A program made the position numbers and the translations under genes. From Carpediemonas membranifera BICM (taxonomy: Eukaryota; Protista; Fornicata): 64,000 nucleotides of DNA. Numbering within the stretch: the stretch's first letter is position 1; every line of letters starts with the position of its first letter. Below are positions 46,960 through 59,800 of the stretch, piece after piece. The stretch is from positions 1,377,937-1,441,936 of the forward strand of contig JAHDYR010000005.1 of assembly GCA_019828565.1 (NCBI GenBank), given 5' to 3'. Under the pieces are notes generated by a model. The model made no database searches, had not been told where the DNA came from, and worked only from the letters and a program-made list of their open reading frames with translations.

Positions 46960-48021
46960 TCAATCAGAATCGTTGGATCTCTTCGTCTCCATGTCTGATG
47001 AATAGCGTCGCGCCACGTCTGCCGCCGAACCAAAGTTGAGGACCGCCCCAATTTCGTCAAAACTTTTGCAGAGCTGGAGAGCCACCCTCTTCTCAGTCGG
47101 AACCAGCGCTTTCCTCCCCTTGAAGCCGAAGTTAAGGTTGTACTTGGCGTTCTTCATGCTCACGTTGCACAGCACACTTGCATCATAAAGCTTTGCAAGG
47201 AAATCAATGCCGTCCACGGGTGCTCGGTGGAACATCGAGATACCACTAAACGCGCCCCGCGCGAGCATAAAAGAGGTGCATCCCGAGGCGTCCTGGCACG
47301 CTGTGATGTCATCCTCCGTCATCAGCCCCCCGTTGGCGATCACAGGAATGTTGGCCGACTCCCTGATCAACCTGAGCCGCTCCCAATGGACAGCGGCAGA
47401 CCGCGAGTCCTTAGGGTATCTGGCGTGTATGGTGATCGCCTTGACTCCCGCCTGCTCCGCCATGGCGAGGAACTCTAGATCGCGTCTCTGCCCCACGTTG
47501 TCGGGGTCGATCTCATGGTAGAGCCGGGTCTTCACGGTCACTGGCTTGTTAGTAGCCCTGACCATCGCCTTGAGGACGGCGGAGGTGCTCTCGAGGTCGA
47601 ACATGCGGTTGACGCCCATGTCTCCCTTCGTGCTGAAGGAGACGTTGCACCCACAGTTCAGGTCGAAGGCGGAGACATCACGATCGACCTTGGTCACTGC
47701 TGACGTGGCATACACATCGTTGGCTGAGCCGATCTGACAGATGACAGGGCCTTCTAGGGCGCAGGTTTGGAAGGCCGTGTTTGGATTCCCGGAGCTGTCG
47801 TGGACGATGTACTCCACTATTGGATAGGGAGTACCGTTATTCCTCACTTGTCTCTTGCTCTTCATCAGTTTCTGGTCAATGATGACGTCTGTGAAGCAGG
47901 CGGTGGCACCGAGCTGCGTGGCCGTAATACGCATTGGTAGCGTTGAAGCACGGACCATTGGAGCAAGATACAGACCCTCTGCAAAGTTGGGCGCTGCTTT
48001 GGGCTCGAATTCGTCGCTCAT
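46960..48021 (-). CDS. DUS2: tRNA-dihydrouridine synthase, Dus2-like
   Basis: LAPMVRASTLPMR, QIGS, DLNCGC..FSTKGDMG, VKTR, IHAR, ANGG, MLARG. Confidence 0.88.
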   Translation of the reverse strand: MSDEFEPKAAPNFAEGLYLAPMVRASTLPMRITATQLGATACFTDVIIDQKLMKSKRQVRNNGTPYPIVEYIVHDSSGNPNTAFQTCALEGPVICQIGSANDVYATSAVTKVDRDVSAFDLNCGCNVSFSTKGDMGVNRMFDLESTSAVLKAMVRATNKPVTVKTRLYHEIDPDNVGQRRDLEFLAMAEQAGVKAITIHARYPKDSRSAAVHWERLRLIRESANIPVIANGGLMTEDDITACQDASGCTSFMLARGAFSGISMFHRAPVDGIDFLAKLYDASVLCNVSMKNAKYNLNFGFKGRKALVPTEKRVALQLCKSFDEIGAVLNFGSAADVARRYSSDMETKRSNDSD

Positions 48022-49212
48022 GTCGCTATCGGGCAACTTGTGCTGAAGACTTATCAGCTGATTGCGTCACACCTCAATGAACCACGCGGTCGTCCATGCT
48101 CTGATGCTCTACTGACCTAAAGCCTCTGGCAAGCCGTTCATCATTTTCTCGAGTCACCTCGGCTCAAATCATTCGAGTTCCGTCAGGAGTTGCCCAAATG
48201 CGCAGAAGGGCAACAATGCCGCGTGCAGCTGATACACCCGTCTCTGAGCTGCGGGCACCATTCGCCGGCAGTGCCGTGGGCGAATGACTTCATGACTGTG
48301 GAAAACACTCGCTAAAATAACTCTCGAATGGGAAACGTTACCTCTGGCTCAAAAAATACTACTGGAGCACCTGTGGGCGATGAAACATTTATTGGGGAGG
48401 ACGTTTCTGCCAACGAATACGCTCCCGGATGGCCCCCTATCTGGGATCAGTCCAAGTAGAGCTGCTAGATAAGCTATAAAGTCGCAAACGCAGTGGTTTC
48501 ATTCACTTGAAGCTCATTGCCCCCAATAGCAGCATTTTCAGCCCTTTAGAGTGTCGAACGGTTCATTCATTGGTTGGCGCTCGTTTTCGTGAGCAAGAAC
48601 TCGGGCGTTTCTCCAGACTAGGTGAAGAAACCGAGTCCATAGGACAGTGTTTGGACCCTCAAAGGGATTGTCGTGGTTCGGGTGCCCTAGCTCGGGCCCA
48701 TGAATCGCCAGATTTGACCAACGAATAGAAGGCGTCATTGAAGCAAATGGGCAATACACAACCGTCATCAAATAGCACTACCACTGGAACTCCCCTCGTT
48801 ATGCTAGTTCCGCATTCTTCTGACGTTGCCCCAGTCGAGGTTAATGAGGGACACCAGGTCTAGTGGTCCTGATTTCAGCCTCGAGGATGGCCATAAGAGT
48901 ATAAACGAGCTAGATTGTTCTATTTATCGCTGCTTTTGCCTTTCCACGAAGGTCGATAGAAAGCAATGACAAGAGCGAACAGAAGAGTCTTGCGAGCACC
49001 CATAATCCCGCCCAACAGGGTTCGATCCCAATAAGCTGAGCGGCGGGCCACGCTGATACTGGGTTGGCCGCCTCCCTCGCTTTTTGAGTTGCTCGGCCAG
49101 GAGGCCTCGAGACTATGGCAAGGTCACTGCGCTGTGAGAGACACGCCCTCTCGTGAACACCATCACCACCAAACAACAATAAACCAGCTCATCCGCGCAC
49201 TTTATGCTCAAA

Positions 49213-50056
49213 TTACACCCGGCGGTAGACCTTGATGTAGTGGGTCCCGTCCTTCCGCAGCGCCCTCTCCGCATCCGCCGTCGCCGTCCCAATAGCGGCC
49301 ACCACTGGGTCGCCCTTGAGCTCTGAGTCGGGGATCTCCTGGAACATGGGCGAGAGGGTGAACTGCGAGTCCATCCACTGCCGCAGCTCGAAGACGTCCG
49401 TGGCCGTGTATACGATCGCCCCCTTCTTCAGCGCATAGGCGTATTCTGCGAGGAGGTTAACACTAATGATGCGTCTGCGGTGGTTGCTCTTCTTAAAATG
49501 CGGGTCCGGGAATAGGAAGAGCATTGTGTCCAGCTGGCCCTTCCGGAAGTAGCAGGGGAAGTGTTTCATCGCGTTCGAGCGGATGACGGCGGCGTTATCT
49601 CCACCGCGGTCCTCTGCGCGCTGCTTCAGGATCTGCTCCTGGGCGTACTCCACGACGGCCTCGCGGATCTCGAGGCCAATGATAAGTTTGTTAGGAAAGA
49701 GCTCTGCGAGGCGCATAGTCATGCCGCCATATCCGCAGCCGACGTCAGCAACGCTAATGTGTCCGCAACGTTCGATGGCGTCGCGAGTGAAGAGGCGGGT
49801 GATGTCGAAATCAGCAGGAGACGTCGGATACGTCACCAGCATGTCTGCGAGGGGGTTAGCATGCGCTCTGCGTTAGTCATCAGGTGTGGAGCTCGTACCT
49901 GGTGCCGTGGAACTTGGGCTTGACACGTTTGCTGCCATCTTCGAGTTTCGCGAAGCCGAGCATGTTTGTTCCAATCTCCTGGAAGTGTGAAGGGTCCTCA
50001 ACATTAATCTTGCCGAACTTCCGCTTCTCCGCGCCAGTATTCTCACCCGACGCCAT
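49213..50056 (-). CDS. TRM8: tRNA (guanine-N7) methyltransferase; exons 50056-49899 and 49867-49213
   Basis: DVGCGYGG, GLEIR, NAMK, FPDPHFK; 31-nt intron GTACGA...ACTAACGCAG restores the conserved RAHANP motif. Confidence 0.93.
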
Positions 50057-50246
50057 TCAAAGCCCTCCGTTGCTTACTGCAAAACTGCACATCGTTTTTG
50101 AGACGATACAGGCCGAGTACCCACAGATAAGAAGCCAAGCAAGCATCGTTAAGCCAGTAATATGACCACACTGCTCTTTCACGCCGGCCTCCTCCTCCTG
50201 CTTCCAAACAACGCCGATAGAACGAGTGACACTTTACAAAACACCG

Positions 50247-51779
50247 TCACATCTCTGCTGGATCTGCCAGGCCTGCGAGCGGGTTACCCACCATATCAGC
50301 CTCATACTCAAGTCGCCTGTCCCACGTAGTCGGCTCAACCTCCTGGACATCACCGAAGAGATCAACACTACCACTGGCATCGCTTGGCCGGTGCGTATGT
50401 GAGCTGGCGGTGCTGGCGTCTTCGTCGACTAGGGCCTCGGCGTCTGACCCGCCTTCATCGCGGTCCTCCTCGTCCTCGTCGTCGTCGGTGTCGATCTCAT
50501 CCACCGCCTGCCCCAGGCGATCTTCATCATGATCTTCTTTCTCAGAGATACGGCCCTGCCCCTCAGAGGCCATTCTAGCCTCCTCCCTAGCAATCTCCAA
50601 CTCGAGCGCCATTCTCTCCAGCTCCTCCCTCAGCAACGCGTTTTCCTCGAGAACCTTTGACTGCTCGGTCCCGACGAGGGTCTGAACGTTCCTCGAGGTC
50701 CGGTCGAACATGGCGCCTGTGTCGTCAAGGTCCAGGTCAGTCTCAACATTCCAACCCTTCTCTGCGTGCATCAGAAGCTGCTCCGCGTGGCGACGGCTGC
50801 GGATTTCCCGCTCGACTGTCTCTTCGCCCTCGGCGATTTTCCGCTTGAGTAGCCTGGCCTGGGCGTCATAAACCCGGATTTCGGACACATGCTGCCTCAC
50901 GATCGCAGTGATCGAGCGGGCAAGACGCTTCTCGCTATCCTTGCACCGGGTCGACAACGCGTCCATCTCCGCTCTAATCTTAGCCACCTCAGTAAGCGCA
51001 GCTCTCGCGTCCGCAAGGTGAGTCTGCAGCATGTTAGCAGATGTGTCTCTGTCCATTGGTGTGGTCTCCTCCGCTGGCGGGTCGACCTCTGCCGCGGGAC
51101 CGCTGCTGTGCCGCTCAGCGGAGAGAGTGCCACTGCCCTGTCTCATGTCTGTCGGGCGGTCGCGGGGCATGGGCTGTGGTGCGACGGGGACGGGTTGACG
51201 TCTCCGGGGCTCTTCGTCGTCTCTCCTGAGAGGACTGGCTTGCTGGCGGAGCACTGCACTGCGGGGCACCTTGATCTTCTTCTGAGGAGTCTCTGGGCGA
51301 TCGGTGAGGGCTCCCCCGCCCTTACCCGTTCCCTTTCGCAAGAAGTCGGTGTGTGTCTCTCGACTCCGAGGCGCAGGGCGAGCGCGAACCATGCGGGATG
51401 GAGTGCTTTCCCTCTGCTCCCGTCTGTGCATGGGTACATTATCCTGCTGGGGTGCTGAGCGTGGAGGTTCCTGCCCCATTTGTTGCATCGGTGAGCCCAT
51501 ATTCATGGGATAGAAGTTCTGCGACCACTGCTGCTGCGGGGTACCATGGTATCCATACGGCATTTGCATATAGGGCTGGCCGTTGCCATAGGACATTTGG
51601 CCGCCACCCATTTGGTAGGGCACCTGCTGCGCCTGCAGCTGCTGCTGGGGAATCGGAACTTGCATCGGTATCCTCCTATCTCCAGCCAAATCATTGAAAC
51701 TGAGCTTCATCAGCTCTTCTACATTCGTATTCGCCTGCATTTCTGAGAAGCCAGTCGGAGATGACCGCAGTTTAACCAT
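50247..51779 (-). CDS. Unknown protein: Q/P-rich N-terminus, coiled coil, acidic tail
   Basis: 510-aa ORF with host-like composition. Confidence 0.7.
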   Translation of the reverse strand: MVKLRSSPTGFSEMQANTNVEELMKLSFNDLAGDRRIPMQVPIPQQQLQAQQVPYQMGGGQMSYGNGQPYMQMPYGYHGTPQQQWSQNFYPMNMGSPMQQMGQEPPRSAPQQDNVPMHRREQRESTPSRMVRARPAPRSRETHTDFLRKGTGKGGGALTDRPETPQKKIKVPRSAVLRQQASPLRRDDEEPRRRQPVPVAPQPMPRDRPTDMRQGSGTLSAERHSSGPAAEVDPPAEETTPMDRDTSANMLQTHLADARAALTEVAKIRAEMDALSTRCKDSEKRLARSITAIVRQHVSEIRVYDAQARLLKRKIAEGEETVEREIRSRRHAEQLLMHAEKGWNVETDLDLDDTGAMFDRTSRNVQTLVGTEQSKVLEENALLREELERMALELEIAREEARMASEGQGRISEKEDHDEDRLGQAVDEIDTDDDEDEEDRDEGGSDAEALVDEDASTASSHTHRPSDASGSVDLFGDVQEVEPTTWDRRLEYEADMVGNPLAGLADPAEM

Positions 51780-52867
51780 AATCTCTCACGCACCTCACGC
51801 ACCTCGTCAGACATATGGTATGTTGCCTACAGTGCAGAACCCAGCACGTTCCGTCACTAAATTGCGCCTTTCAATTCCTGGTGAAGTTGGGAGAAGCAGT
51901 TTTTTCCTGGATAAGAGCCAATCCCGGGTGGTTCTTGAGCGTGGCCGCGTTGGTGCTCATATGTTCAAACGTTGTGATAGGATAGTGAGTTTATGGGGAG
52001 AGCGCGTCGGGGATGCCCACGGCGCAGCAACAGGCGTCGTGGCTGGGCAGAGCATTCTTTAGCGAGTAATGAAGCGGCCATTTCATATCCAATAGCCACT
52101 CTAATGTTTGATATTGTTACAAATGTGTGAATGAGCTTCATAGCCGTGCGTATTAGAGCATTTGAGCTGTGTGAGATGAATTAAAGTTGGCCCTCATAGT
52201 AACTATGACTGTATACGTGCTGCAGTAACCGTAGTTCTCCGCTGTATTCATTATAATCATAGGAAGCCCAGAAACAAACTTTTGAGGGGACGAGCGCAAG
52301 AGTGACTCGAAATCGACTCCAATGATTAATTCAACGATACTCCAGACAACCGGATGACTACGAGCAGTGGGCACTACTCTCCACCCGTTGTGGAAGACTG
52401 TCTACATACTACTACTCTCCGGAGGGCGAAAATACGTCTGACCAGTTTCAATCTGTGATCATGTCCAGATTTTCCAGTGATTTTCTCCACCACAACCTTT
52501 CCATCACGCAAACAATGGGAAACAAATCCGTTTGTACTTCTGCACCAGACCCTCGTGCTTACGATCATGATATGGATGACATTGATGTTGAAACCGACGG
52601 CAAGTTCCGTCCCATGTTCTTCATGGTCCTCCGTGAACTCTAGAGGCCGACAAGTATGAGTTGCGATGCGGCAATCTGCATCAATCCATGTAAAATGGCA
52701 TAGTCACGAGGTCTCTCCTGTTTTGGAAGGTGTTAAATGATGACGACGCCTGACCGCAAGTTCCAAGATCATGCCCAACTCACGCATGTCCTTATACACG
52801 AGCGTGCAGACGTTTACTAGTGAACATCGGCTCGCTCCAGCCTTCTTTCCATAGCCACCCGACCCAC

Positions 52868-53818
52868 TCATGCAGAGTCGGTCCAATAAAACCTCGTGAT
52901 GGCACGCCTGTTTGGGGGGAGTACGTCTGATACTCGCCCGCATGCCTCTGTCCGGTACTGCTTATAAATGACACTGTCAAGCCGACATTCACCCCAGACC
53001 TCTAGCAAGGTCTCGATGCAGCGTCGGCATGCCCTTGATGCCCGGACCACCTTGGATGTCTCCCTGAACGAGCTCTGGGACAGGACCATGGCGGCCTCTG
53101 CGATGTATGAGGGAGTGAACGCCAGCATTCTCGAGTGTTGCATGGCTACATCGGCGAGGAAAAAGGCAAGCATGTTGACGCTCTTGGGGTAATCCACAGC
53201 GTACATCCGCATCTTAAGGAACGGCACCACGGTGGGCACGGCTATTCTCCAGTCGAGCTTCTCCAGGACGATGGACTCTGCCCGAATGAGGCTAGGCTGT
53301 GAGAATGTGAAGTCTGACATGTACATCAGCTCGTTAATGACATCCGGAGTGTATTCGCCGTCGTGCTTGACTGCTATCAGGATGCATGCTGCTGCGAGAA
53401 GCTGCATTTGGCTGATGCGGACGCGGGTGCCCGAGAGGTAGCGGTGGAAGGTGGTGAGGGCGAGGTGCTTAACGTCGGAGTTGAGCGAGAGAGTCAGGCT
53501 GACGTCGAACATCCAGTCGGTGGTGATGTAGACGTGCTTGGGCTCGACAGTGTGGTGGAGACCGGAAGAAAGGTAGTCGGTGAAAACGAAGTCTGCGTTC
53601 TGCTCGAAAATAAGAAGCTGCTTGATCACTGAAGCGTATACATAAGTCATGTCTGATTGTTGGCTTCTTACCGCCGTTGTTGCTGGCGAAATAAGATTAG
53701 AGACCTGAAGTGTCGCAGCCGATCTTGATTCAGCGCGTGAGCGCTTCAATTCCAGTCCACTAGAATCAACAAAGGATGAATCAAGCCTATCTCTTCTCAA
53801 AGCGTTTCTCTTCATCAC
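52868..53818 (-). CDS. Divergent cyclin (A/B-type cyclin box)
   Basis: DWMFDV...FHRYLS...QLLAAACILIAVK...AESIVLEKLDWRIAVPT; FTPSYIAEAA. Confidence 0.88.
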   Translation of the reverse strand: MMKRNALRRDRLDSSFVDSSGLELKRSRAESRSAATLQVSNLISPATTAVRSQQSDMTYVYASVIKQLLIFEQNADFVFTDYLSSGLHHTVEPKHVYITTDWMFDVSLTLSLNSDVKHLALTTFHRYLSGTRVRISQMQLLAAACILIAVKHDGEYTPDVINELMYMSDFTFSQPSLIRAESIVLEKLDWRIAVPTVVPFLKMRMYAVDYPKSVNMLAFFLADVAMQHSRMLAFTPSYIAEAAMVLSQSSFRETSKVVRASRACRRCIETLLEVWGECRLDSVIYKQYRTEACGRVSDVLPPNRRAITRFYWTDSA

Positions 53819-53889
53819 TCTTCAACTTGCGCGCGCTGCTTCCGCCAACCCGCCAAATTTGAAAAAGATCGAAGAAGATCGCCTTTATC

Positions 53890-56644
53890 TCACACAATCA
53901 CTCCAAACTTCTGCCGCATATGCTCCTTGCACTTCTCCGGACTGTCCAACGCCGCACCTGCTGCTACCTGGTCAGCAACAGTCAAAGGTCGCGCCATTTC
54001 TCCCAAAAACTTGCTAATCATCCCGCGGCTCATATCGGTACTCACGCCGAGCGCACGGTCACCGCCACCACCCATCTGCTTCACTATCCACTTGGGCAGA
54101 TGCTGCAGTGAGGCTGTGCGGCCATACCGGTTGTCGGCAAATACTACGACGCCATAGTCTTCTTTCCCACGGAGAACACGACCCACACACTGGGCAGCGG
54201 CTCGCATGGCATCGTATGTGACGTACTGGCGTTCGGGGATGTTCATGGTCTCGGGGTCTGAGATGTACTGTAGCCGGAGCTGATATACTGGCGACAATGT
54301 AAATGGGAAGGGCACGCCGATGAGAACGACCGCCCTGCCGTGGTGTCCCTTGAAATCGATGCCCTCCGACACCTTCCCGCGAGCTACGGCGAACAGGACT
54401 GCCCCGCGGCCATTATCACATGCCGTCTGATAGTGCTCGAGCGCCTTGACAGTTTCCGCGGGATTAGGTCTCTCAATGAACAGCAGCTTGTGCTCCTGTA
54501 TGTTATGCAGCGTCTTCTGAGCATCCCACTGGTAAATGAGTTCATCCATGAATGAATACGACGGGAAGAAGACGATTACCCCGTCAGGCGTGGCCTCGCA
54601 CACCTGCTGGACGAGGAACCCGTAGCCCTTGACAATGGAAGAGTCCTCCCTGCTCTTGAAGCTCGACGTCAGGGCGATCTGGTCTGCTGACCGGGATACG
54701 ATGACCGGGAACAGGGTAGGTCGGACCAGGGTCAGCTCCAGGGCCTTGGTGACCACAGGGGCGTATTCATTGACCATCCCCAGCAGCCGCTCGATCACAC
54801 TAGCCTGCGGACCCTCTGCCCCGGCAAGCGGCTTAGGCGATAGGGTCCCGCTGGTGACAACAACGTTCCTATAGTACTTCAGCAACGGCTCCATCGCTAT
54901 ACGAGGATCTAGACACACCAGCTGGATCACGGGAGTGGCTTTGGACAGTACGAGCTCATCACTGCAGAGGCCGACGTCCTGGGCAACGCCGTTCGGGTCA
55001 GAGGCGAGGAAGATGGGGAAACGGGTCAGCCTGCCTGCTGCTGTGTCGCGTCCCGGGTCTGCGGTCCATCCTGTTCCGTCAGACGGGACCGTGGCGCCCG
55101 TAGCAATCGTCCTCCCGATAGTCTTGTCATCATCTGCAGCGCCCACAATGCACTCGAGCTTAAACTGCGAAGGCTGTATGACGAGTTTGAATCCGTTGCT
55201 CTGCACGCTGTGGGCCGACAACCCCATGAGGTAGCATACGTTGAGCAGAGGCATGTAAGAGCCGATGTCGGCCTCCCCGAGCTCGAATAGGAGCATGAGG
55301 AGCCTATCGGGCAGCTTCTCCATCTCTCCGGTACGTAGGCTGACGTCGTTAATACCTATATCGGCGCGGGTCATGTTTTTGATAAATGTGTCGGGCGACT
55401 CGTACGAGGCGACGTCTGTGAGCATGCGGCGCTTGAGATACTCAATTACACGCTGGAGGTGGCGTATGAATGCCTCTGGAGCGCGTAGGTTGCCCGGTAT
55501 ACGGTTGGCATGCTTGTCTTTGAAGTACGATCTCAACTCATCAACGGATGGTGTCAGGAAGGGAAGGGGGCCTGATGCAGCCTCGCGGTCCGCCGTGGAG
55601 TCCGAGAACATGCGCTGCTGAGCCTCCAGGAAGCTCTCCCGGATGCTACTGAACACCGTGACCTCCTTCTCTCTGACCTTCACAGCTAGTGCATGGAGCG
55701 AATGCCTTGCCGCATCCAGCGTGAACCGAGTCAGATGAATCGATAGGGTCTGCATCGCTGACATCTCAAGGTTGTGGGCTTCATCAAAGACGACAATTGA
55801 ATCCGGTGTGAAACAGGGTCGGAGCTCGAGGGCGATGCGGGGGTCCAAAAGGTACTGGTAGGCGCACACAACGACGTCGGCCTCGGGAATAGCGTTGCGG
55901 GCAATGTAGTAGGGGCATACGCCTTTGGATTCCTTAAATTCCGCTAAATTCGAGACGAGGTGGGAGGACCAGACGGACTCCACGCCTGACTCGAACGAGT
56001 CTGGCTTGAAGTGGGGGCAGCCGCCTGCTGGCATGCCGTCCTCCATGTCACCCCGCTGTATGGCTCGGCATCTGCTGTCCACGGCGTTACCGTCGGGCAG
56101 GCAGTTCACCTCGGCATTGATGCATAAGTTCCTACGACTAGATAGCGCCATGCATTTCAGCGCCCGCGCAGTACCTGGCTTGAGGTGTGGTTTAGCAGCT
56201 ATCGCCTCCTGAAGTGCCTTGGCGACGTCTGTCCTAGCGCGGTACTCCATCAGGTCCTTGAGCTCCTCGGTGAACTTCACGACTTGGGAGACGGTGCGGG
56301 TGGTGAATATGAGCTTTCCAACGGGCGGGGGCCCCTGAAGGGGGGCATTGGAGGCCTTGTCGACGGCATGGGTGGGAACGTGAAGCTTATACGCCACGGA
56401 GAGGGCGATTAGGCATACAGTCTTTCCTGTACCTGTTGGCATCTCGAGAATAGCGTGTCCTTTCTCCTGCTGGCGCTCTGCTAAAGTCAAACTCTTGTCA
56501 GACGTGCGGCAATCGAGCGCTTGCTTCAAATAGTGCATGTAATCGAGCTGCTCGGGGTAAACCTGATCATGGGGAAAGACAACGGGTAAACCATCTATCT
56601 CTATGCTGGTGTAAGCCAAGGAAGAATGAAGGAACGAACATCAT
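53890..56644 (-). CDS. XPD: XPD/Rad3 Fe-S DNA helicase (TFIIH); exon 1 56644-56640, intron 56639-56606
   Basis: YPEQ, MPTGTGKT, four Fe-S Cys (NLC, SRC, GCPHF, CPYY), DEAHN, SGTL, SEGIDF, QCVGRVLR; 34-nt GT..AG intron gives MIIEIDGL. Confidence 0.93.
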
Positions 56645-56815
56645 TGTACCGAGTGACCTGCCGAGTTGATTTTCCAAACAGCGGCGGCGTAGGGCGGCTA
56701 TGGCCTACCACGGCCCATCTGACCATCGGCCTCGACAGACATCGATTTTTGAATCTGTTTGCACCTCGACTTCTCGTCAAAGTCACGACAGAAATTCGCA
56801 AGCGCTAGTTTGGTC

Positions 56816-59800
56816 ATGAACGACGCCAAGGCCAAATTAGAAGCGCTATCCGGAACCGTAGAGCTAAGTCTCTTATCTAAGCGGGTGGAGGATCTCGAAG
56901 CGAAGCTTGACGTCAGTTCCATCCTGAAAGAAGCGATAAGTACCGAGGTGATGCAGAAGTTTGAATCAAAGATCGACTCCGTGCGCTCTATCCTCTTGGA
57001 GCGTATTGATCAGATGAACAGCGTCATTTCATCTGCCAAGCAAGCTGCCATTGACGCAGCAAAACCTTCTTCCGAAGCCTCTCTGAACGCCATGTCCGCG
57101 GTTAAGCAGGCCCAAGAGAACATCACCGACTTTGAGACGAAGATAGAGGACCTTACCAAGAAGATCCACGACGGCGAGGAGTTTTACTCGCAGATGGTCG
57201 ACTCGATTAAGGCGCAGACGTCAAAGCTCGTGACCAGCACCGCTGAGGCCCTCAAGGCCTCCATCAACGCCCTCAACACGCGTATCCTCGAGGAGGGAGT
57301 CACTCGCCTTGCGGCCCACGACCGCCTCGAGCTCAACGTCGAGACCCAGGCCGAGAAGGACACGCAGCTCGAGACCCGTATCGAGTCGGTCAGCGCGCAG
57401 TTCGAGCAGCTTATGAGCCACATCCGGGACACCGAGGCCAACACTGCCAAGGAGGTGGAGAAGCTCGCGGCACAGCTGGGCGAGGGTCTGGCTGGTTTCA
57501 AGGATACCGCAGACGGTATGATCGCTGACGCCGTTGTAGAAGCCCGCACGATGCTCGAGAACAGCCAACAGGAGACCTCAAATGACCTGGCCACCTCCCT
57601 GAACTCGGCTGTGGCCGACATCCACCCAAGGATCGCCCAGCTGAGGGAATACGTCGACCAGGCGAACGACAGCATGACAGAGGACCTCGCCGCAGTCCAG
57701 ATGAAGGTAGAGAAGGTTGGCACGGCGCTCGACCAGGGTCTGGCCGTCACACGCACCGCCATTGCTGAGAGGCTCAGGGCAATGATCGATGAACACGCAA
57801 ACGCCGCGGAGGCACGCAACCAGGGCCTCGAGGAGCTCATCGCAGGTGTCAGGGAGGCCATGGAGGAGGGTGTGAAGACCACCACCGACCGCATCGGCGA
57901 GGTTGACGGGGCGGTATCAACGCTCCGTGGTGACGTGACCCGCACCATCAAGGACCTCGAGGCAAGCACGGCTGCGGAGACCTCAGCCGTCCGAGACAGC
58001 GTCCAGAAGCACAAGGCCGCCGTGACGGAGGAGACGACGGCTATTCGGACTGTCATGGCCGCTCAGAGCGAGGCGACTACCGACCGTATGGCCAAGCTTG
58101 AGCAGGCCACAGCAGACAGACTCGCCGCGTTCGACAGTCAGATCGCCCAGATCAGGGCTGAGTCGGCTGCGGGACTCAAGGCTGTGAACTCCGTACTCCA
58201 GACCGCCCAGGCAGAGGTCGAGAGCGCCACGGCAGAGACAGCCGCCTCTGTGGCGCACCATGTAGCTGCCCTCAACAAGAAGTACGACCTCCTCTCAGAC
58301 GACGTCCGTCGCAGAGTTGATGAAGTCCACGCCGACCTCCAAGGCACGTGTGACGAGATCAACGCCAAGCTCAGCGCTCTTGAGGGCACACACGGAGCAG
58401 ACATTGAGATGCAACGCCGTGCCTTAGAAGACCTTGACGGCCGCACAGCATCCTCACTAGCCGATGCAAAGGACGCCATCGAGGCGAGCATTGCCGAGAC
58501 CAGGGCGCAGACAGCCGCCGCAGACGCAGAGCTCCGCCGCCTCCTCAGCGCGCAGTCCCGGGTCCAGACGGAGAGTCTGGACAAGGCGAAGGAGAGCTTC
58601 GCCACGGCACTGGGGGACTCCGTGGACAACAGCCACGGGAACTTAGTCGCCGCGGAGGCACGGGTTATTGAGAGAATCCACACACAGGCGGCCGGGGCAG
58701 CCAACGGGATGAGGTCGCTCGGCATCCGTATCGATAAGGTGGCGAACTCACTTGCAGAGCACTCCAGCGCCACCACAGTGCGACTCGGCGACCTGGACAC
58801 GCACCTGGACATTGTTGACCGCAAGCTGGCCTCCTGGATCAATGCGGCACCGGGTCGCACCTCTGCGCTCGGGCGGGACATCGAGGGCCGCACCCGCATG
58901 GCGCTGCGGACGTGGACGGACAAGATCGACCAGACCGCGGCTGAGCTCAAGAACGAGTACACGGCACACGCCAAGGACGTCGATGAGAGGTTCGGCCAGG
59001 TGTCGGAACTACATGCGAACGTCAAGGCCGACGTGGTCGCCGTACGTGCCGAGCTCGCCGCCGCTGAGCACCGTGCCGCTGCTCATGCGGACGAGCGCAT
59101 GACTAATGCTGTCAGTCGCGCCGATTCTGTGCAGGATAGCCTCGCTGAGCGCCTCACGGCCGCTTCCAAGGAGGCGGAGGAAGCCAGACATGCCCTGAGC
59201 GAGACCCTCAGGGATTCAATTGCCGCAGCAATGAACCAGCAGGCCGAGGACCTCGCTGCGGTGAGAGAAGAGGCAGCTAAGGCCGGCAAGGAAGATGAGG
59301 CGAGGGATGCCGCGCTCAGCGCTCGTATCGATGAAGTCAACGCTGCTCTCGCCCGCCAGGCGGAGGAGGATGAGGCGCGCGATGCAGAGATCGTCGAGAG
59401 CCTCGAGAATAAGGCCCGCGAGCTCGAGACTGCCACTGCCGACCTCGAGTCCAAGACAACCGCCGCTCTCGAGAGCTTTAGGCTCGAAACTGCCCACTCC
59501 GCGGCCGAGCAGGCCGAGAAGACCCACGCGATGATCAACACCGTGACCAGCGCTGTAGCCACCACCGACGCCGCTCTCCAGACCCAGAAGGCCGAGACCG
59601 AGGCCCTCCGCGAGACTCTGCAGGCCCTGGAGCAGTCGACCCGGGTCCTAGTGGACGAGGTTGTCTCCAGCTCCGTCGCGTCAGCCACCTCTGCCGCTCG
59701 GCAGGATAGTGCTGACCTCAACAACCGCATCGATGTACTCACACTGAAGCTCGGCGCTGTCGGGCAGTCCCTGGCCCAGGAGACTGTGGACCGGACCGAG

